A DNA stretch of 64,000 bases from Podospora anserina (GCA_017654855.1 CM030336.1:2170001-2234000), one strand, 5' to 3'. Shown: positions 12,696 to 23,870, numbered from the stretch's first letter. Program-made: numbers and translations. The notes: generated by a model from the letters alone, not told the origin.

Positions 12696-13738
12696 CTAGG
12701 TCTCTATTAGTAAAGAGGTTAATAGTTATTTTATTATACGTAGTATAATATTAGACCATGAAGAGGGTGAGTCTTTATAATTTTTATTATTTATAAAAAC
12801 TGTAGGATTTAATAGATTAGATATTGTTTAACTTTTTTTATAGTATTAGTTTTATTAATAAAAACGTTATTAAAGTATATTTTTTAAAAGTAAGAAAAGC
12901 GGGGTCATTCTTTATTCAAGGAGTAGAGATGAAATTTAAGTATTAATTAAACTTTAAAAAGAGCTAGGTAATTATAGCAACATATTTTAATAGGACTTTA
13001 ATTTCTTTAGTTAATTTTTAATTTTGATTAAATTAAAGATATGAAAGCCTCTCAAGGTTTTGACCTATTGAATATAATTTCTACTGTTTCCTCTATTTAA
13101 AAAATATATTCTGAATAAATTCCTTAAAATATAGCGTAGGTATTTCATTACAAATAACGTTAACAATCTTAAGTTTTTTTATATATTACAAGAAAAGAAA
13201 CTATGAATTTTAATTATTTATACTAATAAGGAATGTCTTTAAAAATAACAGAGTTTTTAACTTTATTAGTATCAATAAAGGTAGAGGTAGTAATTAATTT
13301 ATAAAGAGTAATATAGTACTTGGTAAGGGATTTAATTTATTCAGTTTAATTAGTGTTAAGTTTATGAAAAGCAATATAGTATTTAAGGTTATGAACATAT
13401 TGAGATATTTTATTCTAGAATATTATATAAATACTTCAGCAGCGAAGATTTTACTTTTATTATTTATTATATTTAATTTAATAGTAATTTCTTTTTTAGG
13501 TAAGTTTATCAAGGAACACCTTGAAGATATAAGCGGCCTTTTTACTAACGGTAATATTAATTCTTTTTAGTTTTTAGAAAGTATTAATAAAATAAATTAA
13601 TAAAAACCGGATTATTTATAATCTTTTTCAAAGGGGATATTATTATTTTAGGAGGTAAATTAATATTAAAACTGTTTATTTTTGTTTAATTTATTTAGGT
13701 AATCAATGTAGAGAAACTATTATAGGTTAATTATAACC

Positions 13739-14143
13739 TGTAACGAATCCCTATCCAGAACCTCTAAAAGAGATACTAGTCGAAGGCACTTCTGAATAAT
13801 TCTGGTTCGGTATAGCTAAATAATATATAATAAGGGCTTGTCTTAATTATAATAATTAAAATACTAACGATTATAACTGATATTATATACTACGGAACTA
13901 TTTATTTATATTAGCTGGTTTCTCCGTATATATAGACCTATTGGTTTTCTAGACTATTAACTCCCAATAATAATCCTTTGTTAAATTATTAACTTTTAGT
14001 AATGATCCCGCTTTAAATTACTACCTTTTAGCAATAATTCTATAAGTAAAGTTATTTCCCGTTTTATTTAGCTCTATTAACGATTACCTATATATATCGT
14101 ACCCCGTGCACGGTTTGTCTTACTAAATAGTTTAATTATAATA
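13739..14143 (-). mobile_element. RIP-mutated 3' LTR of a minus-strand chromovirus (probably E2)
   Basis: Starts tgtaacgaatccct and carries the shared R/U5 module. Ends like 1-91 and is followed by the reverse-complement PPT (taatactcctctttttaaa). Confidence 0.85.
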
Positions 14144-14596
14144 TAATACTCCTCTTTTTAAATTGAAGTCTCGGTAACTTAGTTTTTGAATAACTGCTCA
14201 TTTTCTATCTGTTTCTACTTATAAACAGTGTATCTGAGCCCTGTAAAATACAGGGCCTTAAAGGCAATATAATGGCTTGGATCAGCAGTGCTTAGGGACC
14301 ACGGTTGCCGGAACGGAATTCAGCCCCCTTAAAGCAATCCGAAGTCCCGGAAAGCCGAACGCTAAGGCCAGTGCCCTGCAGCGGTTAAACGGTAGCGTAA
14401 CGTGGCCTGTAACGTAGCCTGTAACTTTATTTTGGTTAGCGTATTTAGCGGGCGTTCGGGCCCGGGAACGGAGTTACTTTCGGGGAGCGAGTAGAAGATT
14501 AACGGCCTATAAAACTTCTGCCTTACACCCTATTTACTGTGATATTTCTTAGTCTGTAAGGTTTAATTAATATATTAGTTTACTATACTTATTAGT

Positions 14597-15033
14597 TATG
14601 ACGAACCCCTATATAGAACCTCTGAAAGGGATACGGGTTAAAGGTAACTTCTAATAATTAGTTCGGTATAGCTAATAGTGCATAATAAAATATTTTAATG
14701 TAAATATAAGATACCGTAAATATAATTGTGAATTGTATATTACGGAACTGTCTATTTATATTAGCTAGTTCCTTTATATATATAGACTTCTTTTCCTAAC
14801 CGTAATTCCTTTAATTAGTGTTCCGAGTATATTAATTACTTACGCTTAGCCTAATTAATATCTTAATTATATTAATTACCCCGGCCTAGCCTACTTAATC
14901 TAATTAGTATTCTAATCGCACTAATTACCGTCCCTCCCTATAATTAGCTTTCTTAAGTATTTTCCTAATTAGCCTTTACTCCTTTAGTTCTATAATTAAT
15001 CGTTATTCTCGTCTATATACTAAGGTTATAATA
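14597..15033 (-). repeat. 3' LTR of E3 (CTGATCAGTG-type U3)
   Basis: Aligns end to end with 23433-23870, differing almost only by C->T/G->A. Confidence 0.93.
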
Positions 15034-15143
15034 CGATACTCCCTCTCTTAAACTAACGTCCCGGTAGCCCCATTCCTTTTATTTTTTTTAATAATAACTT
15101 CCTTCCTTAATAAATTTTCCCTTCCCATTACTATCTTTTCGTA

Positions 15144-16181
15144 ATATTTAACCGCGTTAAGAAACCTACGCCGAAAGGCCCTTTGTTACGAATATAATGT
15201 GGATACCCGCAAAGAATAACTAATAGGAAAGAGGAGGCACGGCAGCCAATTAAGAGAAGGGAGGATGGACTAGTAAGAGGTGGATCATCCGGGACATGAA
15301 GAAATCATAAGCGATTCCCGGAAATCACTTATGATCCTTAAGAATCGGTCATGATCCGGGGAGAAACAGAATGATTTAGGCTTAGCATTAGGTCTATATA
15401 TACGGAGGAACTAGATAGCTTGTAGATGGTTCCGCAGTATACAATTTACAGTTGTATTTACGGCATTTTGTGTTTATATCGAGATATCTTATTGTGCACT
15501 GTTTAGCTGCACCGAACTAATTGTCAGAAGTACCTTCAATTAGTATCCCTTTTAGAGGTTCTGTACAGGGGTTTGTCACACCCTTCTAATACCCTTCGCC
15601 GCTAAAATCTTATTACCGCTACTTTTATTTTTAATAACGAAATCCTTCCCTATTCGTCCTGGGAAGCTCTTAATATTTTTGGTTATCGCGCTCTCGAGCG
15701 CTTTTCTAGATATAACTACTACATTAATTCTAGTCGTTCCGACTGCGACGTCCTAGGTCTTACTCCTGCTTTAATAGTCTCTCTTCGTCGCTAGAAAGAG
15801 AAACTAGACGCCGAAGAGCAAAAGGCCTATACGACTATACTATAAATTACCTCGAAGCTTTCGCGGGTAGAGACCTAGCGTCGTACTTTAGTCGCTAAGT
15901 TCCGTTATATCGCGGCCCGCGAGGAGCGGTTAATCGAGGACTTAGAACGGGAGGAAGTATAAATTGCTTTTATTATTAATCTTCCTTTAACCTTTTCTCT
16001 TAATTAGGCCTCTATAATATTAAACTAGCTCGGCTTAGACCTTCCGGATAACCTATTCTTTAACCTTCCGCTTAGTTCTAACTTTTTTATAAAGTTAATT
16101 GTTAATCCTTTCCGGAGTTCCCCGCTTCCGGCTACCCCGGACTTTTCCGGCGGTAATCCTCCTATTTTCTAGGGTAATTAA
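15144..16181 (+). pseudogene. Antisense accessory ORF of E3 (Zn2Cys6-like cluster plus coiled coil, ~210 aa), interrupted by the solo LTR 15184-15580
   Basis: After removing the solo LTR and one TSD, a single frame runs from ATA (RIP of ATG): xFNRVKKPTPKGPSNTLRR*NL...EILPYSSWEALNIFGYRALERFSRYNYYINSSRSDCDVLG...LRR*KEKLDAEEQKAY...AAREERLIEDLEREEV...PDFSGGNPPIF*GN-stop. All internal stops are TAA/TAG, consistent with RIP of CAA/CAG. Confidence 0.8.
15184..15580 (+). mobile_element. Solo LTR of the chromovirus family, TCATGATCCGG-type U3
   Basis: TGTTAC...GTCACA termini, perfect TSD ccctt/ccctt, shared R/U5 module. Confidence 0.93.
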
Positions 16182-16223
16182 CGCTTATAGTATTACTTAC
16201 GCCCGGATTTCTTTATATTTATT

Positions 16224-16293
16224 AACTTTATAGTATAGTACGTAGTATATTAATTATTACGTCGAAGGCGTAAATTCGATTTTTATCGAGGTT
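16224..16293 (+). ncRNA. tRNA-like unit embedded antisense in E3 (heavily RIP-mutated)
   Basis: 70 nt, ungapped alignment with 24329-24398, runs into a T7 tract. Confidence 0.65.
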
Positions 16294-16990
16294 TTTTTAT
16301 ATTTAAGTTATAAATACTTTTTTATAATTTAAATATAGTTCTTTTTACTTACTTAAGTTTAAATCGGTTTAAGTATTATCGGTAAAAATTTTTTAACTTA
16401 TTTAAATAATTAAAATATATTTATAATTCTTATAAGTTATTTATAACCGGGTATTTTAATTAATTAATTAAATATTTTATTTAACCTTTATTAAACCGTA
16501 AATTTAATAATTTTTTTATATTATACTTTTCTTCTTCGTTCTCCATTACTTCCTATATATTTACCTTACTTACCGGTAGTACGGGTTCCAAAAGTAAAAT
16601 ATAAAAAGTATATAACTTTAAACGTATCGTATTAGGTAATTCTAATTCGAATATCGTTTTTAAAATCTTTTTTTTTAATTTAAATAGGCTTACTTTCCTA
16701 TAGTCTAGCTTCTTACTAAGTCTTTTAATATGTAAATTACGTATAAAAAGGAATACTATATCCCTCCCCTTAAAGTAAAGTCCCTCGAGCCTTTTAATAT
16801 TATAATATTTCTATATTTTTTTCCTTATAAACTTTAGTTTTTATTTAAGCTTATTGTAGAATATATATATTTTATTTACTTTAACCCCGGCCTTAAGTAC
16901 CTTTACGTTTAATCCTTACCGTAGGTTTACTTTATATTTAAAGTTTACGAAGAACGGCGTAACTTTAGTCGTTTCTATTAGTAATATATT

Positions 16991-17624
16991 TGTTAATGTG
17001 TGGGTACTACTAAGTGCCCTACTTACTGCCCTACAGATTGATATTACAGTGGGCAGTACTGCTATAAGCAGTAATGGAACTTCCCGGCTTGGATCCCTTT
17101 AGAATATTCTTTACAAGGGACCCTTGAAGGCTTACAGGGCTACTGTGGCCTGAGGCTTAGTCAATGGATACTAGAACCTTCCAAAGTGGCTACAGGCTTA
17201 CGTAGTAAGTTGCCACAATGGTGTAATTTATAGGGCACCTTTGCTACTGAAGGTTCTATAGATTTCCATAAGTCTACACTAGACCCACCTAAGCCCACTA
17301 AATACCCAAAGTGGTATAGGGGCTTCCAGGGCCTACAGGACCCACAGTAGGCCTACGAAGGCCTATATATAGACCTCTCCTCTCTCCTGTAAAATAGTTC
17401 CTTTCTTTTTTTCCTTAAGGGCAAAAGCTTAAGGCTAAGGCCAAAGGCCAAGGCCAAGGGTAATAAAGGCAATTCTTATTCTTTATACCTCACTGTATTA
17501 CAGTGCTTTACCTTCCTTCGGCACTGCCGTCGTATCCTCCCGCTTCCGCTTGCGCACTGCTGTATTTTACAGCAACCCTGTATAGGTTCTATATTATAGG
17601 CCTATCAGGGCTTACCAGCTAACA
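16991..17624 (+). mobile_element. Solo LTR of an unrelated family (634 bp)
   Basis: TGTTA...TAACA termini, perfect TSD atatt/atatt, TATATATA at ~17364, AATAAA at ~17462. Interrupts the E3 integrase region. Confidence 0.88.
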
Positions 17625-19123
17625 ATATTATATACTAATTATACCGTAAATAATAATTTAATTTAATTATCTTACTCGAAATTAATATAAATCTATAAGT
17701 ACTATTCTATAATTTAATTAAGCTGTTCCGTTTAATCGTTTATTTAAAGGTAGTAGGCCGAAAATACTTTACTTATTACCCTTAACCTCGTTATTAACGC
17801 TCTTTAAAACTTCGAAATAAATTTAATATCGCGGTCCGTAATAAACTCTTTCGGCTATATATATATTAATATAATATACCGTAGTACTATATCCGTTAAT
17901 TACTTTACCGATTAAATCTCTTTATAAAATAAAAAATATATTTACTTTATAAGCCTATCGACTACCGTTAATATACTATCGTACTTAACGCCGGTTACCG
18001 TATTTCTTAACTTTAGTAATTTAGTAATAAAGTTTATCGTAATTAAACTCTATAGTCGTTCTACTACTAGTAGTAGCTTTAGAAATCCGTAAGGCTTATA
18101 CTTCGTAACCCTTATTTTTTCGTACGTATAGTATAACTAGATAGCTTTTTTAATATTATCCTTAATCCTTAATTAATTAAAGTATTACTTAATCTTTTCT
18201 ATAGTCTTTACGATACCTATATATCCTCTGAACTTCGATCCGTAAATTTTTATTATTAGTATCGCCTTATTACTTAGCTTTACGTATACTCGATTCTTAT
18301 ACTATAATTTTCCTTAACTATCTTTTTAAATACTTTATAGCTTTAATTCTTCCTATTACTATTATTCCGTAATATTATTACTTAACTTCCTTTAATATTT
18401 ATTAGAAATAACTTACTTACGATACATTATATAACACTTTATTTACGGCTAAAATAGATATTTAAGAGTACCGTTTAGCGTTTCCTTAAGTAATAGTAGT
18501 AACTTTTTAGGTATATCCTTATAGTAGTCGGTTCGCCGGCTAAATACGTTTACCCTAACGTTCTCCGATCCCTTTTTATAATTAATTTAAAAATTAAATT
18601 CCGAAAAAAACTTTAATTATTACGTTTACTATACGTTAAGGACTTTCGTAATAGTAAAGTATCGTAAATTCTTATAATCCGTATAGACCTATATTTTATA
18701 ATTAATATTATTAAAGTATAGCCTCTATTCCTCGAACGCTTCGATAATAGCAAGTAGCTCTTTATTATAAATTAAATAGTTTTAACGTACCCCTTTTAGC
18801 TTTTTCGAAAAGAAAACTATTAAATATAACTTTCTATCGTCGTCTCGCTATCCTAATTGTCTACCGATCGTATAGTTTAATATATCTACCTCGACCTCGA
18901 ATAGTCGATTAGGGTTTAGTAATTTAAGTACTGGGTCCTTTAAAATAACTTTTTTTAGCTCCTAAAAGGCTTATTCCTTTTCCTACCCTTACCGGAACTC
19001 CACGTCTTTTTTAGTTAAATAATTAAATAGTTACGCGATTCTTACGTATTTATAAATAAATATCCGATAGAAATTTATAAACCTTAAAAATTCCCTAACG
19101 TATATCTATAATTACGGCGTAGG

Positions 19124-19454
19124 TGTCACGGACCTAATATAAGTGGGGAGCGCGGGGCGCGACCAGTCCAACCACTAGGAACGGAAAAGTGGGGAAGTCA
19201 GATTATTACTAGCGCCAAAAGTGATAATCGATATTATCATTAGTAATAATGGTAATAAATAGGTCTATATATACGAAGGAACTAGCTAGTGTAGATAGAT
19301 AGTTCCGCAGTATGCAATTTATAATTATATTTACGGTATTTTGTGTTTATATTGAGACATTTCGTTGTGCACTATTTAGCTGCACCGAACCAATTGTCAG
19401 AAGTTACCTTTAACCCGTATCCCTTTTAGAGGTTCTGTACAGAGATTCGTCACA
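19124..19454 (+). mobile_element. Solo LTR of the chromovirus family, GATA-repeat U3 type (40 bp shorter than 4868-5238)
   Basis: TGTCAC...GTCACA termini, perfect TSD gtagg/gtagg. Confidence 0.94.
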
Positions 19455-22445
19455 GTAGGCCAGTCCTTAACTACCCCAATTTTCCTAGGTTTTATACGAA
19501 CCTTACCTAGTAATATTAAATATCCTAGATATACTATCTTTTATACGTGGAACTCGCTCTTTTCTTTATTAATTAAAAGTCCGGCTCCGTATAGCGCGTC
19601 GAGTATCTTTTATACATATCGCTTATATTTTCTCTAAAGTACGTAAGTAGATAAGAACGTTATTAAAATAATATATTATTGTTTTATCGAGGTATTTCCG
19701 GATCGTGTAGTTAACGAGAGATTGGAACGTCGCGGGCGTATTAATTAGCCTAAATAGTATTACAAGATACTTAAAATAACTATAGAATATATAAAACACT
19801 ATTTTCTATTTATCTCTTTCCTTAATCTGTATATAGGCGTACCCGATAAGTATATTTAAACGTATAAAGTATCGCGCCCTAATTAATTAACTTCGTAACC
19901 TAAATATTAACGGTAGCGGGTAATTATTTTTTATCGTTTCGTTATTTAGTTAGCGGTAGTCTATATATAGTTGTAAGCTACCGTCCTTTTTCGGTACGAA
20001 AAATACGGGGTATCCTACTAGCGATATAAACTCCTAATATATCCTCTCTTTAAATTCTTATCTAAATACTTCCGTAGCTCTTTACTTTACTTATCGTTAA
20101 TATAGTAAACCTTAAATAGCTATAGCTTAGCTCCTTCTTTTAACTTAATTTCATAGTTCTACGGTTCTTACTCTGGAAATCCCTTTAAATATTTAGCTAT
20201 AAAGGCTAAGTATCTTCGATATTTTACTAATACCGTTTTTTTCTTACTTTTCTCTACGTTATTATAATAAATATACTTATTAACCTCCGATATCTCCATT
20301 AACGTCGTTAACCTTATTTCTTCGATTTTACCGCCTATATTAATAAAATATATTATTACTTCTTAGGCTCTTTACGGTAGTACCGTAGAGGGTACTTATC
20401 CTACACTCTACTCTATACGTGCGCCTAATCTCCTATCGTTAGCTAAATACTTTTAAAGTTCCTTTAATTATAAATAACTATTATTTTTTTAATTAATATT
20501 TAGCTTATAGTTTTTATACTATAATTACCCTAGGATTATATTTTTCGAGGGTCCTATATCTATAATATTAAATATAATTAAAATTATTTTTCCTTCGACT
20601 ATAATATTTAAAAGTAATATTTTTTTATAAACCTTTTACGTCGGAAATAGTTTTTATATAACGATTTATTCCTTCTTTTTTTTCTATAGTATTTTAATCT
20701 AATATATAAACTATAACGAAATTAAATTCGTTTCTATACCTTCGTTTATTAATATTACTATTTAAATATTTTTTTAATACGTTATAACTTAAAAGTATTT
20801 ATCTTTTTTACCTTTTCTTTATATAGTAACGACTTTATTAATAAGTATTAGGTCGTTATCCTATACCTTTACTTTACGCCGATACTTCCGGAAAATACCG
20901 TTCGTAGTTTATTAAAGGTTACCGGCCCCCGCGAAGGGCCGCGAGTTATTTCTTAAGCGGTTATATTATTTAAAAGCGTCTTTCTACTCCGGATTATTTA
21001 GTAATATAAAGTCCTTTAACTATACTCGTTTAGTTTCCTTCTATTTTCCGTCTCTAACGTTCCTAGTATTTTATTGAGTATACTTTTAATAATACTTCCG
21101 TTACTTAGTTAATACCTTAAGCTCGGCGGCCTAATAGTATCGCCTAACTTTTTATTATAAATATAGCGCGTAGTCTAGGCTTAAGTACTACTATAGTACT
21201 ACCTTTTCTCCCGAGATTTTACTATTTAACGTATAGCTTTCGTCGATATACCCGAGGTAGTACCTTACCTCTTTTAGCGTAAACTAAATTACTTAAAATC
21301 TATTTTCTAATTAAATTACTTTCCTTGCTTTCTATAATAAATAATCGTTTAATTCTTTATTAATTTTATTTTATTTTATTATCGTTTTTTTAATTAGCTA
21401 TAACTTACTTTCCTTACTTACCTTACGTACCGGCTAGTAACCGTATAGCGACTTACTTTAATAATACTCTACATATCCGTATATAATACACTAGAACTAA
21501 AGTGCTTTCCGATACTCCGGATATTTAGGATAAAACTATACTATATTTCCTTTATAGGGTATATACCTTATAAATATAAATGTATCTCTTAATAACTTTA
21601 CGATCCTAATATTAACGATTTTTTTATTTTTCTAATATTTTTCCTAACTTTTATATATAAGTTTCTTAAACTATATTTATATAACGGCGATCCTATATTT
21701 ACCGTATTACTTCTTTAGTATTATTTACCGGATAAGTCCTTCCTATTACGTAACATTATTCTTTTTAGTAACCTCCGTAACGATTTCCGTAATAACTTAT
21801 ACTATTTACTTTTATAATACCTATATCTAAAAATCTCCTTCCTCGTGCTCTACCTTTAGCCTTTCCATTACTTTCTACAGCTCCTGGAACTCTATTTCTT
21901 ACGTAGCGTATTAGTTAGAGTCTTCCTCGAAGCTTACCGCTTCGATTTATTAGTACCCGATAACTACGACCTTTATAACTCTCGGTCCTTTTAATATAAT
22001 AATTATTATAATATCCTTTTTCTATCCGAGTTACTTAAGTGCCCTATAGTCCTTCTTAAAGTATCCTGTTTTACCGCAGTTAAAACATTTACGGTTATCT
22101 TTACCCTTATCCCGGCCCTACAACCTTTACTACTAAATAGCGTCGACTTCTATAGGCCTTACGTAGGTAGTCCCTAAAACGTAAGTTCCGTAAAGCCGTC
22201 TCTTTTTCTTATCGTTAGGGCAGTACGGCCCTTACACACGTATACCCTTACGCTCTCTACGGCGCTAGTATTATCGATCGTTAATACGGACTACCATTAT
22301 AATGTACTCGTCGATAGTCTCCGGTCGCTCCATTCGATATAGCTCGTCCTTAACTTTTTCCTTAAACCCGTTATAGAACAACTGCATTAACCTTTCGTCG
22401 TTAATCGCGCTGCGGAGCGCGTCCGTCCTAAACGCTATAGTGTAG

Positions 22446-22846
22446 TGTCACGGTTCTGGAAGACAGTGGGGCCACGAGGGACCAATCAGGACTGGACCGA
22501 GCGATCGAGCGGGGCTCACGGTCCGAGTGGACGGAACGGACCAATAAGATGGGGACCGGGGACCGCGGCGGGGCTCACGGTCCACGGTCCAGTATCGGCC
22601 AATCAGGAGTGGACCGAGGACCGTCTGTAAGTTAACGGTCCACGGCCCTAAGGTCTATATATACGGAGGAACTGGCTGGTGTAGATAGATAGTTCCGCAG
22701 TATGCAATGACAAGTCACAATCGTGGTATCTTAACTATTGTGATTGAGATATCTTGTTATGCACTATTTAGCTGCACCGAACTAATTGTCAGAAGTTACC
22801 TTCAACTAGTATCCCTTTCAGAGGTTCTATATAGGGGTTCGTCACA
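22446..22846 (+). mobile_element. Solo LTR of the chromovirus family, GGACCG-repeat U3 type
   Basis: TGTCAC...GTCACA termini, TSD tgtag/tatag (one RIP change), inserted in E3 gag. Confidence 0.94.
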
Positions 22847-23432
22847 TATAGTCGGCAGTAAATCGAGTCTATTTAAGGTTAGCTAGTCGCTCCTGGGCAC
22901 CCTTACCCTCGTTATATTCTCCAAATACCTCCTTAATCTTCTTCTTAAAGCCCTTATACGACTTAAAACACGTCTAGGTAACCTCCTCCCTCTCGTTATA
23001 TATATTATCGAAGTAGTCTCTTAAGATCGGCTCGAACTACGTAAATACTATATCCTTAAGCCTGGACGTAATATACACGACTTTAGATTCCTCGTCCGGG
23101 AAACGAGAAGGGTAATACCGAAAGTAAGCTTTAAGTTAGATTAAGAATCCTCCTAGCTTTCCTTTTATACCTCCGTAGCGGTCGGGTACCTTAAGTTTGG
23201 TACGTTTTTCCTCCTTACGTAAGGTACTAATCTCTTAGTGGAGTATAGCGTTTTTTTACGTAAAGGTATCGTAGGAAAGGCGTGATTTATCCTTAAGCTT
23301 TTAGATACGAGCGAGAAGCTAATCGATAGTAAGTTGGGTAAACGCCCTTACCTAAGTATTAACGTTTCCGGCTATAACGTTAATTTAATACCTTTAATTT
23401 ATCCGTAATAGAGTTAAAGTAAATATATAACG

Positions 23433-23870
23433 TATAACGAACCCCTATATAGAACTTTTAAAAGGGATACGGGTTAAAAGTAATTTTTAATAATTAGTTC
23501 GGTATAGTTAAATAGTATATAATAAGATATTTTAATGTAAATATAAAATACCGTAAATATAATTGTGAATTGTATACTACGGAACTATCTATCTATATTA
23601 GCTAGTTCCTCCGTATATATAGATTTCTTTTTTTAGCCGTGATTCCTCTGATTAGTGTCCCGAGTATACTAATTACTTACGCTTAGCCTAATTAGTGTCC
23701 TGATTACACTGATTACCCCGGCCTAGCCTGCTTAGTCTGATCAGTGCTCTGATCGCACTGATGACCGTCCTTTCCTATGATTGGCTCTCCTAGGTGTTTT
23801 CCCGATTAGCCCCTGCTCCCTTAGTTCTATAACTAATCGTTATTCTCGTCTATATACTAAGGTTGTGACA
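23433..23870 (-). repeat. 5' LTR of E3
   Basis: Pairs with 14597-15033; followed on the minus strand by the PBS and gag. Confidence 0.93.

Larger units (their letters stand above)
14597..23870 (-). mobile_element. E3: full-length RIP-inactivated Ty3/gypsy chromovirus with paired LTRs and TSD
   Basis: Matching LTRs 14597-15033 and 23433-23870; TSD ttagt/tcagt; PPT at 15034-15050. Gag CCHC knuckle CFNCGKTGYFKKDY at ~22046-22087, RT relic YYFNNVLIY at ~19645-19675, chromodomain relic at ~16410-16500. Four nested solo LTRs. Confidence 0.95.

Noticed and set aside
13364-13570. 68-aa hydrophobic ORF
   Set aside because: Ile/Leu/Phe/Asn-rich composition is the expected artefact of RIP-mutated AT-rich DNA.
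16224-16293. Calling the embedded unit a functional tRNA-Asp (loop could de-RIP to TGTCAC, which also equals the LTR terminus)
   Set aside because: The loop is 6 nt, differs in E1 (ttctac), and de-RIP is ambiguous. Neither the anticodon nor the LTR-end match is supportable.
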